Shown here piece after piece: positions 10,735 through 22,949 of a DNA stretch of 28,652 nucleotides. The first letter of the stretch is position 1. Each line of letters opens with the position of its first letter. The stretch is taken from assembly GCF_006345805.1 (NCBI RefSeq), contig NW_021833496.1, forward strand, positions 1 through 28,652, in the 5' to 3' direction. The stretch comes from Octopus sinensis (taxonomy: Eukaryota). The translations under genes and the position numbers were made by a program. The notes beneath the pieces were generated by a model that was not told the origin of the DNA, did not search any database, and saw only the letters and a program-made list of their open reading frames with translations.

Positions 10735-11445
10735 GTGTTTATAAAACATCATTTTTTCTTGGCTTTATTGAGAAAATTCTATATGTTATAACATATTCCC
10801 CACTTTAAAATCGAGCATTTTGGCAATTTTAACCAATCGCTCATCTCCATTTGGGGTGAAAAGATTCCGTGCTGTATGAATATGCCCCTCGTTTAAGAAA
10901 CAGATTGGGTTTATTTACATTTGCGAAGACAAAAAGATACCCTTCCCCCACCCCTAACCCTAACCCTAATCCTAAAATAGATTGAAATGCAATAGATCGA
11001 TACCAGGGCCATAATTATGGGTGACATTTTCATTTGACCCCGCTAGAAAAAAATCCCATTTTCTGTGTCGTATGTAATTGTCACCCATAATTATGGCCCT
11101 GGTATAATTGCATTTCAATCTATTTTAGGATTAGGGTTAGGGTTAGGGGTGGGGGAAGGGTATCTTTTTTTCTTCGCAAATGTAAATAAACCCAATCTGT
11201 TTCTTAAACGAGGGGCATATTCATACAGCACGGTATGTTTTGACTCCAAATGGACGTATTTGATTGGTTAAAATTGCCGAAATGCTCGATTTTATAGTGG
11301 AAATATCTTACAAACTATAGAATTTTCTCAAGAAAACCAAGAAAAAAGGATGTTTTATAAACACATTCTACCAGTATACGAAATTTAAAAGTGTTTAATT
11401 TACTAGAAATTGTGTTGACATCTGCCGTTCAAAAGGAAAAGATCC
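10733..11445. mobile_element. Foldback/MITE-like element with ~290-bp inverted arms (10733-11026 and 11079-11366) containing telomere-like repeats
   Basis: atgtgtttataaaacatc...atgggtgaca is the reverse complement of tgtcacccat...gatgttttataaacacat. The left arm has ccctaaccctaaccctaa and the right arm ttagggttagggttaggg. Sequence right of 11366 has no left counterpart, so the right boundary is inferred. Confidence 0.85.
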
Positions 11446-12618
11446 CAGAAATGTCAATATAAAGTGTAAAGGGGAGGACAGGTGAGGTTTACCCGTGGAA
11501 AGAAAAGCCTACGGAAAAGACCACGGTAACCTCGGTCAATGAAGTCACATGTTATATATTTATATTTTTTACAAATAAGCAACTCTCTGTATTAAATTTT
11601 ACGGTTCATAGGATCATAGTCAAGGTGGCTTCGTCATTCATACGTGCCATCCTTGCTACATTCACCCATCTTTTTTTAAAACATTCGCTAGACAAAACTT
11701 GCCTCTCTACTCTCACCTTCCTTTTCAAGTGATACTTGAAGAAGTTGATGAGAGATTGACCAGAGAGGAAAGTGTTTGTCTCCAATCCTTTCAGGCGCGT
11801 CCACCGGATACATCCTTTCGCCATAGCCACAAGGATTATGAAAATAGCTCTTCCTTCCGTTCGAAGGAAGGAGGCGTGACGATATTGACGATAGACTCGG
11901 CTGATAAACCGACTCGTCCCACACGTGACAGCAGTCGTTCGACATAAGTCCACAGGTCGGAAATTGTTGGACACTGCACGATTGCGTGCAGGACGGTTTC
12001 GTCGCTCTGACCGCATCTCGGGCAGGTCGGCCCCGTATTTCTCGAGCCGTGTCTGTGGAGCTTATTCCGAACGGGTAGCGCTTCTCGGTAGTACTGCCAG
12101 GCCAGGGATCTCTGGAAGTTGTCCATGGGCCCTGGTCCGAAAGTCGTCTCAAAAAGGCGGGTCAAGTGGTGGTGGTGGTGGTGGTGGCGGTGGTGATGGT
12201 GGCGGTGGTGGTGGTGGTGGTGGTGATGTTTGTGGCAGAGTTGTCCGTAGAAGTAGTAGTAGTAGTGGTTGACTGTGTAGCTGTCGTCTGGGTTCTTCCA
12301 ATTTCTTCGTGTGTCGGTGGCGGTGGCGGTGTTGGCGTCCATGCTCACACCTGCACCTGTGTTGCTTCTCCCCCTCCTTCCCTCCTTCATGAAGCTGTGG
12401 GGAAGGCAGGGTAGGGAAATCAACGTCGTAAGCGTTGTCAAGGAGACCGGCGTTCTTTCCGACAACAACTTCATGGCTTGAAGACGCCATGCTCAAAACA
12501 GAAAATGGCCAGGAAAGCCGAAACACAAATTTACAAAATCGGGAAACACGCCACACAGGGCAGGTTTCCCGTGCAAAGAATTTGCACAACAGATATGTAT
12601 TAGTTGTTGCACAAGTTT
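11446..12618 (-). mobile_element. L1/Tx1-clade LINE, apparently internally deleted (5'UTR + ORF1 start joined to ORF2 3' end + 3'UTR)
   Basis: ORF2 C-terminus at 12165-11606 contains zf-RVT: AWQYYREALPVRNKL...CPRCGQSDETVLHAIVQC...W, with one frameshift and a stop at 11606. Upstream, an ATG at 12490 gives MASSSHEV...DVDFPTLPSP, which looks like an ORF1 N-terminus (inferred). Confidence 0.75.
12166..12225. repeat. (GGT)n trinucleotide repeat
   Basis: Directly visible; it lies at the junction between the two LINE parts. Confidence 0.9.
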
Positions 12619-12727
<109 letters not shown>

Positions 12728-13081
12728 TCACATACATGTTTTATATATATATGTGTGTGTATGAACATATATAACATACTTTTATAGATTGGTTTATACA
12801 TAAACATGACGAATTGTGGTTGAGAGTTAATGGGATACGAATCATTGAGGCCTGGGGATCTTAGCGACTTTATGCCGTATCGAGTTGGTTCTCAAATTAA
12901 ATGCATGGACCTATCCATCCATCCATCCAACCATCCAACCATCCAATCAGCCAGCCAGCCAGCCAGACACCAAGGCAACTACGATATATTCATACATAAA
13001 TACATACATAAATACATAGATATACATTTGCATATATACATATGCACGCATATACGTAAGTATATTTATATATGTATATAA

Positions 13082-13114
<33 letters not shown>

Positions 13115-13349
13115 TGTGGATATGTTTATGCGCGTTTGTGTTTGTGTGTGTGCGTAAATGTATGCACATATGTGTATATAAATAACTTTTCCAAGCTGGT
13201 TTCTTGTAAGTCTCAGCCAATTTCCAACATCAAAAAGTGAACATTCCTCTCTCTCCCCCGCATCTCTCTCTCTCTCTCAGACACACACACTCACACACAT
13301 ACACCATTCCAAACGGACGACCTGCTTGGCAGAACATCTAAATTAACCT

Positions 13350-13748
13350 TGATATGTATGTGCGTGTGTATATATATTATATATATATATATATATGTGT
13401 GTGTGTACGCATCTCTGTTAGTGTGTGTATATGGATATGTATGTATATATGAGTATTTATATGTGCATATGCATATACATACATATATATATATATGTGT
13501 GCGTGTGTATATATGTATGAATATGTGTTTGTATATATGTATGTATGTATATTAATATATATATATATACACACACACACATTCATATACATATATGTAT
13601 ATATATGCATGTATGTATGTATAATGTATGTATGTATATGTGTATATGTATATATTTACATATATATATATATATACATGCATATATACATACATATATG
13701 TATATATACATATATATCTATATACATACATATATATATATATATATA

Positions 13749-13797
<49 letters not shown>

Positions 13798-13875
13798 ATA
13801 TATATCTATATATTTAAGGGTGCTCCAGCATGGCCACGTCGTTGGTGGTTTGAAACATGTGATCATGCATATGTG

Positions 13876-13920
<45 letters not shown>

Positions 13921-14080
13921 GCACACAGACAGACAGACATACACACACACATACACATTTACATTCAAGAATACATATAACAGTCTTTATAGTGAATGTT
14001 CTTGAAAACGAGAGTGTGTATGTGTGTGTATGTGCGTGTGTAAGTGTGTGTGAGTGTGTGTGCATGTGTGTGTGTGTGCT
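13350..14080. repeat. Compound (TA)n/(TG)n/(CA)n field containing a SINE A tail fragment at 13816-13860
   Basis: Alternating purine-pyrimidine tracts, with ggtgctccagcatggcc embedded. Confidence 0.9.
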
Positions 14081-14924
14081 ATCGTGTGCATTATACATAT
14101 TTGTATATCTTGCTATCGAATGAATGAATGTCTGTCCGTCTGTCTGTTTGTCGCGGAATGCATGTAGTTATTGCTCTAATTATTGTCTCGCTGTTGTTGT
14201 TCTTGTTGCTATAGTTGTTGCTGCTGCTGCCGCTGCTGCTGCTGTTGTTGTTGTTGCTCTTGTTGTTTCTGTTCTTATCGTTGTTATTGTAGTTGTTCGT
14301 TTTTGTTTTGTTTTGTTTGTTTTTTTTGTTTTTATTGTTTTTTTTTTGTAGTCGAGTGCGGAGTAAAGAAAAAGAAGAACATAACAGAAAAACAGGAAAC
14401 GGTAAAAAAAAAAATAATAAATAAATAAAATAAAAGAAAAAGAACAGAAACGAAAATACCAAAAACGAACCAAAAACAAACTCAACTGGAATATAGAGAT
14501 TCTGCGTGGAAACATTAACCACTAATACTGTCATTCCGAGGAATGATAGACGGACGTTGATGGTCTCTTGCCAAGTACGAGCGGGCTTTGGAGTCGGTGT
14601 CTTACGATGGTAGAAGGTGGGATGGTGCCGGAAGATGGGTCGGGTGTGGTGGCGTCGGTGGTGGAGTAATGAACGGTCGTGGAGTGGAGAACGAGGGAAG
14701 AACCCGAAGAGTTCTTGGCAGCCGTACCAAAAGTATATTTCTATATACGTCTATAACTGAATTAAGTTATGCATAGATAATTGAAATAAACAGGGAAATC
14801 CAGTGTTTTTAGCGCCGAGGTGTGAAGGGAGGACGGAACTGGAATAAAGACAATACTAAAAGAACGGCTGAGCAAATGAAGTGGTTAATACACGCGCACA
14901 CGTACGCAAATGTATATATATATG

Positions 14925-14972
<48 letters not shown>

Positions 14973-15119
14973 GAGATAGATAGATAGATAGATAGATAGA
15001 TGGATAGATAGATAGATAGATAGATAGATACAGAGATAGATAGATAGATAGATAGAGAGGGAGAGAGATAGATAAATAGACAGATAGACAGACAGACAGA
15101 CTGACAGACAGGTAGATAT

Positions 15120-15157
<38 letters not shown>

Positions 15158-15230
15158 GAGACAGACAGACAGACAGGCAGGCAGACAGACAGACAGATAG
15201 ACAGGCAGACAGACAGACAGACAGACAGAC

Positions 15231-15270
<40 letters not shown>
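14925..15270. repeat. Compound (GATA)n/(GACA)n/(GA)n microsatellite
   Basis: Directly visible. Confidence 0.95.
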
Positions 15271-15271
<1 letters not shown>

Positions 15272-15339
15272 CATTAATATTTATATGTGTGTGTATGGGT
15301 GTGTGTGTATGAATATATACATACATTCTTTCCTTTTAT

Positions 15340-15422
15340 TGTTTTAGTTTTTCAGTCGTTTGACTGCGGCCATGCTGGAGCACCGCCAACGTGAGTGCAA
15401 CACCTTAACCACAAAGCCATAC
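15340..15422 (-). mobile_element. Collapsed SINE: tRNA-like head start joined directly to the family A tail
   Basis: Minus strand atggctttgtggttaaggtgttgcactcacgtt|ggcggtgctccagcatggccgcagtcaaacgactgaaa. Confidence 0.65.
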
Positions 15423-15624
15423 CCCTCCACACACACGCACACACATATCTGCATACACACGCACACCACATACATACATACAAATATACAAATACATGCA
15501 AACATACACATCTATTCATGTAAGCATTTCTTAATATACATACATATGCATAACTTTCTCTTTATACATATAACTATATACATATGTATATAAATATATT
15601 TACATATATACATATGCATATATA

Positions 15625-15855
15625 TTTCTTTACTACACACAAGGAGCTAAACATAGAGGGGACAAACAAGGACAGACAAAGGGATTACGTCGATTACATC
15701 GACCCCAGTGCGAAATTGGTACTTTATTTCTCGACCCCGAAAGGATGAAATGCAAAGTCGACCTCGGCGGAATTTGAACTCACAACGTAACGACAGGCGA
15801 AATACCGCTAAGCATTTCGCCCGGCGTGCTAACGATTCTGCCATCTCGCCGCCTT
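15625..15855 (-). mobile_element. tRNA-derived SINE family B, full length
   Basis: Head aaggcggcgagatggcagaatcgttagc..., B box gagttcaaattcc, central gtcgactttgcatttcatcctttcggggtcga. Related copies lie at 17230, 22215, 22950 and 26602. Confidence 0.88.
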
Positions 15856-16042
15856 AAGCACACGTACATATATAAGTATGCACACGCACACACACAAACA
15901 CACACACGCGCGCATATTTATAACAATGTATGCATTTATGTATATATGTATGTATGTATGTATGCATGTATGTATATATGTATGAAGCAGATTTGTATGT
16001 TTTATGTATGTATTCTCATACATCTAGTTGCATATCTTGACA

Positions 16043-16264
16043 TACTTTTACTTTTTTTACTTAAATTTGTTTCAGTCATTTAACTGCAGCCATGCTGGAG
16101 CACCGCCTTTAGTCGAGCAAATCGAACCCAGGAATTATTCTTTGGAAGCTTAGTGCTTATTCCATCGGTGACTTTTGCCGAACCGCTAAGTTACGGGGAC
16201 GTAAACACACCAGCATCGGTTGTCAAGCGATGTTGAGGACAAACACAGACACACAAACATATAC

Positions 16265-16328
<64 letters not shown>

Positions 16329-16484
16329 GACGGGCTTCTTTCAGTTTCCGTTTACCAAATCCGCTCACAAGGCTTTGGTCGGCCCGAGGCTATAGTAGAA
16401 GACACTTGCCCGGAGGTGCCACGCAGTGGGACTGAACCCGGAACCGTGTGATTGGTAAGCAAGCTACTTACCACACAGCCGCTC
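16043..16484 (-). mobile_element. SINE family A, full length
   Basis: Reverse complement of the 2846-3255 element. Confidence 0.92.
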
Positions 16485-16685
16485 ATATACTTTTAAATTA
16501 TAAACTTCTGGTATGTTTTTCTGAATTTTTACAGTTCCACTGATGGAATGGATCTGTAGTCTTCGGATTAGCTTTCTCCTTTCTGGTCTTGAGAAGCCTC
16601 ATTTCTCAATGTTTTTTGAGAAACGTATGTACGTACGTACGTATGTATGTATGTATGTATGTATGTATGTATGTATGTATGTATA

Positions 16686-17110
16686 CAATAAACACTCACA
16701 ATGCCCGGTCTTGAGCGAAAACACCTAAAGCTCCACGGGGTTCTGGGAGGGGGTGGTGGTGAACCCAGCTGGACTCTTTCACCACAACTTTCTCTCACTC
16801 TCTCTCTTCCTGTTTCTGTTGTACCTGTATTTCAAAGGGCCAGCCTTGTCACACTCTGTGTCACGCTCAATCTCCCCGAGAACTACGTTAATGGTGCACA
16901 TGTCTTTGGAACGCTCAGCCACTTGCATGTTAAGAAATGAGCAGCGACGTCGTCACTGGTGCCAAGCTGTATCGACCTTTGTCTTTCCCTTGGATAACAT
17001 CGGTGGCGTGGGCGACTGCTGGTCTTCCATAAACAACCTTGCCCGGACTTGTGCCCCGGAGGGTAACTTTCTAGGTGCAATCCCATGGTCATTCATGACC
17101 GAAGGGGATC
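16686..17110 (+). mobile_element. SINE family C variant, 5'-truncated with a 26-bp 5' inversion and a composite body
   Basis: tgagcgaaaacacctaaagctccacg... matches the 27111 element. Segment 16820-16935 matches the reverse complement of 19570-19681. Confidence 0.82.
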
Positions 17111-17229
17111 ACAATGTATGTATGTATATATGTATGTATGTGTGTGTGTCCATGTTTGTGTGTGCTTGTATGGTGGTGTATTTCATCGTTAGATGAATTG
17201 CTATTATATATTTAGTTTTAGCTCATTAT

Positions 17230-17370
17230 CATCGGAGTCCTATTCTCGATAAGATTAACTTTGCCTTTTATCCTTCCGGCGTCTATCAAATAATGCATCA
17301 CCCAATACTAGATTTGCTGTGAGTGACTAACACAAATCTTTTCAAATTCGTCGTCTAATGCCGATAGAAG
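17230..17370 (+). mobile_element. Old SINE family B fragment
   Basis: aactttgccttttatccttccggcgtctatcaaataa resembles the family B central domain. Confidence 0.55.
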
Positions 17371-17439
17371 TCTGAAGTGTGAAACGCAGATTTTTAGTGA
17401 AATCTTGTGTTTACGGTGTTCTGCTCACAACTTTAAATA

Positions 17440-17468
17440 GATATATATGATATATATGTATATATATA

Positions 17469-17525
<57 letters not shown>

Positions 17526-17733
17526 TATATATATATATAATATAATATATATATATATAATATATTATATATATATATCTATATTATATATATTAAATAT
17601 ATTATATATATATATACATATAATATATAATATATATAGATATATATATATATATTATATATATAATAATATATATAATTATATATTGGGTATATATATA
17701 TATATCTATATATATATATATATATATATATAT
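17440..17733. repeat. Imperfect (TA)n tract
   Basis: Directly visible. Confidence 0.95.
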
Positions 17734-18149
17734 AGGCGTAGGAGTGGCTGTGTGGTAAGTAGCTTGCTAACCAACCACATGGTTCCGGGTTCAGTCCCCC
17801 ACTGCGTGGCATCTTGGCATGTGTCTTCTGCTATAGCCCCGGGCCGCCCAATGCCTTGTGAGGGGATTTCGTAGACGAAACTGAAAGAAGCCTGTCGTAT
17901 ATAATGTACATATATGTATATATGTGTATGTGTGTGTGTTGTGTTTGTCCCCGTAGCATTGCTTGACAACCGATGCTGGTGTGTTTACGTCCCCGTCACT
18001 TAGCGGTTCGGCAAAAGAGACCGATAGAATAAGTACTGGGCTTACAAAGAATAAGTCCCGGGGTCGATTTGGTCGACTAAAAAGGCGGTGCTCCAGCATG
18101 GCCGCAGTCAAATGACTGAAACAAGTAAAAGAGTAAAAAGAGTAAAGAG

Positions 18150-18150
<1 letters not shown>
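17734..18150 (+). mobile_element. SINE family A, full length
   Basis: aggcgtaggagtggctgtgtggtaag ... gactgaaacaagtaaaagagtaaaaagagtaaagag. Confidence 0.92.
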
Positions 18151-18190
<40 letters not shown>

Positions 18191-18216
18191 ATGTGTGTGT
18201 GTGTTGTGTGTGTGTG

Positions 18217-18537
18217 TGATCACGTGACCGACAAGACCATCAGATGCTACTACACATCCCTGGTCACAATGCACTTCGCATTGTTTTACCCTTCGAATGA
18301 CGCCACCCATGACGCCCCCGGTACCCGCTGGCTAAGTGAGCAGGCCAACAGAAGAAAGAGTGAAAGAAACAGTGGTGAAAGAGTACAGCAGGGATCATCA
18401 CCCCCTGCCGGAGCCACGTGGAGCTTTAAGGTGGTTTTCGCTCAATAAACACTCACACGCCCGGTCCGGAATCGAGAAAAAAACGCGATCCTACGACCGC
18501 GAGTCCGCTGCCCTAACCAGTGGGCCATTGCGCCCAC
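18217..18537 (-). mobile_element. SINE family C with an alternative 3' tail
   Basis: Minus-strand head gggcgcaatggcccactggttagggcagcggactcgcggtcg... and body match 27111-27300; the 3' ~130 bp differ. Confidence 0.85.
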
Positions 18538-18550
18538 ACACACACACACC

Positions 18551-18613
<63 letters not shown>

Positions 18614-18728
18614 GTATATATATATACAAACGCATACAAACACAGACATACATACGTACATACATACATATACAGATGTATATATATATGCGTGTGTGTT
18701 TGGGTGTGTATACTTATATATATATTAA

Positions 18729-19085
18729 CGCAGGAGTGGCTGTGTAGTAAGAAGCTTGCTTCCCAACCACATATTTCTGGGTTCAATCCCTATGCATGGC
18801 ACCTTGGGCAAGTGTCTTGTGAGTGGATATGATAGACGGAAACTGAAAGAAGCTCGTCGTATATATATGCATGTGTGTGTGCTTGTGTGTCTGTGTTTGT
18901 CTCTCCACCGTCGCTTGACAACCGTTATTGGTGTATTTACGTCCCCGTAGGAGGACGGTTCGGCAAAAGAGAACGTTAGATTATGTACTAGGCTCACAAA
19001 GAATGAGGTCTGGAGTCGATTTGTTCGACTAGAGGCGGTGCTCCAGCATTGCCGCAGTCAAATGACTGAAACAAGTAAAAGAAAA
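18729..19085 (+). mobile_element. SINE family A with a small internal deletion
   Basis: cgcaggagtggctgtgtagtaag...; gtgtctt joins gtgagtggat directly, so ~30 bp are missing. The tail is complete. Confidence 0.9.
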
Positions 19086-19498
19086 TATATATTATATATA
19101 TATATATAATATATATATATATATATTTTTTTATTCTTATGTAATATAAGTACATATATGTGTGTGTGCTTGTATTTATGTATATGTACCGTATTTTATG
19201 ACATACGTATTTGTGTGTGTGTGTGTGTGCGTTTGTGTGTTGTATGTGAACCAGATTTGAGGAACCACTGTTTTTTGCAAAAAAACATGTCCCAAAAATC
19301 TTCCCGTTTTCTATATGCGAACGTGTGTTTGTATTTCATGTGTTATACACAAGAAAATTTTTGCCGGAATATCCGCCGCTGATATCGGGGTGCATCTGTA
19401 CACGTGTTCATTACAGAATCTTTCTGTAGATTAGATATTAAAGTTGAAAATAAAAGTAGTTATCGAAGCACCGAGTAGTTTCTGCCAAATAGCCTAAT

Positions 19499-19810
19499 CT
19501 GGCTCTCCATCGGTTACGACGACGAGGATTCCAGTTGATCCGAACAACGGAACAGCTTGCTCGTGAAATTAATGCACAAGTGGCTGAGCACTCCATAGAC
19601 ACGTGTGCCCTTAACGTAGTTCTCCCGGAGATTCAGCGTGACACAGAGTGTGACAAGGCTGGCCCTTTGAAATACAGGTACTACTCATTTTTGTCAGCTG
19701 AGTGGACTGGAGCAACGTGAAATAAAGTGTTTTGCACAAGGACGCAACATGTCGCAGTCGTACTGAACCCGGAACCCTGTGATTTGGAGGCAAACTACTG
19801 ACCACAAGCA
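19499..19810 (-). mobile_element. SINE family D (family-A-like head, different body)
   Basis: Minus strand gtggtcagtagtttgcctccaaatcacagggttccgggttcagt..., then gtccttgtgcaaaacactttatttcacgttgctccagtccactcagctg, then the body shared with 16820-16935. Confidence 0.8.
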
Positions 19811-20334
19811 GAGAAAGACAGTCATCCATCCATTCATACATTCACACATACATACACACACACACACACATGCATACATACATACATACAAACATACATA
19901 CATACATATATGTATGTATATGTGTATATATGTATGCATACACACACACACATATATATGATTTTTCGAAAGACATCAAAGACTCTACACCTCAACAAAG
20001 GAAGTGAATAGAAACCATTGTGGAAGGCTATATTTATTAGTAAATTCATAAATAATTAAATACCTTACAATCGTACAAGTTTCAATACATTTCCACTTTT
20101 TCAAAGGTAATATGCAAATACATATGTGTGCATGCGTATATATATATCATATATATATATATATGTGTGTTTGTGTGCGTGTGTGTATGTATGTATGTAT
20201 GTATCATGCATGCATATATGTATATATGTATTTATGTATGTATATATGTATGTTTGTATGCATGTACAAACGCCATTCTATATTAAGCATCGGAGCAGAC
20301 CAATAAAAATATATATAAATCAATACTCTTTCAT

Positions 20335-20517
20335 GAGTCTGTGGTTAAGAAGCTCGCTTTGCAGCCACGTGTTTTCAGGTTCAATCCCACTGCGTGGCAC
20401 TTTGGTCAAGGACCTCCTGCTATATCTCCGAGCCGATTGATGCTCCGACAGAGAATTTGGCAGGCAGAAACTGTGTGGAATCCCGTCGTTTATATATACA
20501 TACATATATATACATAA

Positions 20518-20570
<53 letters not shown>

Positions 20571-20617
20571 CGTGTGTTTGTGTATGTGTGTTTGTGTGTG
20601 TGTGGTGTGTGTGTATG
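20335..20617 (+). mobile_element. SINE family A 5' half plus its internal microsatellite, diverged
   Basis: ctgtggttaagaagc...ggttcaatcccactgcgtggcactttgg...gaaactgtgtggaatcccgtcg, then (TA)n(TG)n. Confidence 0.8.
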
Positions 20618-20619
20618 TT

Positions 20620-20696
20620 AAGGTGCGTGGCTTAGCGGTTGGGTTATTCGTCACACGATGGTAAGTTCATGAGTTCAATTCCCGGCGACGCGTTGG
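20620..20696 (+). mobile_element. Isolated tRNA-like SINE head
   Basis: A box tggcttagcgg and B box gagttcaattcc at tRNA-like spacing. Confidence 0.6.
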
Positions 20697-20935
20697 CTGG
20701 AACGTGGACAGTTTGTTAGGTTGAATTTCCTCTCCCTTATTGAAACACGAAAAAAAACCCACTTCTGTGCAGTTCTTTCAGCAATATTGTGTTCTCCGTG
20801 ACCAACACAACTGTCAGGAGCGGTTTTGGCAGCTTAGGAAAAAGAAGCAGATGTCGAAAATGCTCATCTGTTCTTCCACGTGGCACTCCATCGTCAGATG
20901 CCTGAAAACAAGTAAAACAAGCACCTTGCAGTTCA

Positions 20936-21044
20936 CCTGCGACGGACCGGCGTCCCGTCCAGGTGAGGAACCTATACGCCACGGAAACCAGGAAACCGGC
21001 CCTTATGAGCCAGGCATGGTTCGAGAAGGAACAAACAAAAAAAA
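20936..21044 (+). mobile_element. SINE 3' module (V-domain-like plus tail)
   Basis: ctgcgacggaccggcgtcccgtccagg...ggaaaccaggaaaccggccc matches 27317-27410, followed by an A-rich tail. Confidence 0.75.
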
Positions 21045-22214
21045 ATGCTCTCATGATACGGTCACCCACTACCTTCATTCGGTGGGTAAATTTCAAACAT
21101 ACCCGGTACAAACTTGATGAAAAGTAAGGATTAGAAAAATAGAAAAAAAAGGAAAAGAAATGAACGAATTTATTTGGCAACCCAGTAGCAGCGTGTTAAA
21201 ATGGGTTTTAAAATCCTTTGTAGAGAAAAGGATTAAGGCCAGTAAAAATAATACAAAAGAAAGATAATTTGATGCGTGCTAAGGCTTACTAAGCTGTCCC
21301 ACGGACTGCCTTTGACTTTTGCTATCCAGAGGAGATTTTTTCTTCTACTCAATATTTTCATGCTATTACTTATAGCTTCATCTACTTCGAGTTTCACTGT
21401 CAAAATCGAATTATTCGACGTCTCTCTATGTTTTTAAATTCTTATGATGGAAATCGTATTATTATTTCGGACGTCAGAATTAAAAACGAGGAAATGAAAT
21501 GGGTGAAGGAACGATGTCAAAAGTCGGGTTCTTTACTGCACGAGAGAAAATTCTGTATGATTGAATTAAGCAAGAAAACTAAAAGCGGAGATTGCTGAGA
21601 GCAATGAAAGAATAAGGTCAGTGTTGAATTAACGCCGGCACAAACAAGACAGAGATCAAGAGGGAAGCGGAGGACGTTTGCAATAACGTTGAGAGCAATG
21701 AAAAAAAAAAGAAAAGGTATGACAGAGGAGAAGGAGAGGTAGAACGACGTTCGTAAGAATGCTAGAAGGAAGAAAAATGCATAAACGAATGTTGGTGGGG
21801 TGTAAGCAATAAAAATCTACAGATAATGGAAACAGAAAAATGTCGACAGGAAAGGCCACCGAATGAAACATAATGCCACACCAAATATATATTATTTCTG
21901 GAAAAAATATCATTTTTTCTACAATGATGCGTACATCCTCTTCTCAGTAAGTTCCCGAAAACTTGAACGTAAACATAGCTTTTCGCTGTTGTATTTCGTC
22001 TCAGAGAACGACTTCTCCTCTTTCACGATGTGTATAAACAACACACCCGCACCAACTAACGTCAGCGGATTATCAGACACCACTATTTCGGCATACGAGT
22101 GCCTCTTCGGTGATAGGGATCACTCGGTTTTTCTTTTTTCTTTTTTCTTTTGGAGCTAAACGGAGACAACTCTTCCTATTTGTATAATCCAGTCAAAAAC
22201 TAAGATAATAACGA

Positions 22215-22414
22215 TGATTTTGGCAATAGGCCAGCAAATTCAGGGAAGGGAGCAGATCAGTTACATCGACCCCAGTGTTCAACTGGTGCTCATTTCATCG
22301 ACCCCAACCGGTTAAAAGCAAAGTCGATCGCGGCGGAATTTGAAATTAGACGGACGAAATGCCACGAAGCAACATTAGCTCGGTGTCCTAACAATTCTGC
22401 CAGCTTGCCACTTT
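22215..22414 (-). mobile_element. SINE family B, diverged
   Basis: ttacatcgaccccagtg...aaagtcgatcgcggcggaatttgaa...ctaacaattctgccagc aligns to 15693-15855. Confidence 0.8.
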
Positions 22415-22423
22415 ACAAAGGCG

Positions 22424-22424
<1 letters not shown>

Positions 22425-22516
<92 letters not shown>

Positions 22517-22892
22517 TAATAATAATAATAATAATGCCCTGATGCAATACCAGGCAGTGGCTGTCAATGGCTTCTGATCTTAACTGATTGGAAGTGTTAT
22601 CATGTACATTGTTTTGTCTTGGTATAAAAATGGGCTACAGCAAATATTCTGCTCAATACCACATATTTGCTTGTCAGTTGTTTGACCTTAACCAGGTGAC
22701 CATGTCCCTTAGTGGCTGGCGATATGTGCATCTCTGATCACGAGCAGAAGTAGTGGGGGAGCATCATAGCCATGTGTTGAGAGGGATTCTTTGGGTTTTG
22801 GAATAATCACCTCTGAAACATGAGTGTTTCGTATATTTTATCCCATGTCACTTTATGGCATACACTGCCTCTCACTCATAATAATAATAATA

Positions 22893-22939
<47 letters not shown>

Positions 22940-22949
22940 TAATAATAAT
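22425..22949 (+). mobile_element. ~340-bp insert (22536-22878) flanked on both sides by (AAT)n; probable Dong/R4-type LINE 3' end
   Basis: The (AAT)n arrays at 22425-22535 and 22879-22949 are directly visible. Dong/R4 elements are known to target (TAA)n. The family call is inference because no coding motif is seen. Confidence 0.55.

Noticed and set aside
10940-11160. True telomere or telomere fusion site
   Set aside because: Only ~3 units per arm, embedded within a larger palindrome, and in the opposite arrangement to an end-to-end fusion (TTAGGG then CCCTAA).
19255-19405. hAT end (ttgaggaaccactg) and pogo-like subterminal motif
   Set aside because: No partner TIR or TSD found; too short to call.
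21180-22160. Unique-looking region as a possible exon
   Set aside because: No sustained ORF, domain motif or clear splice pair on either strand.
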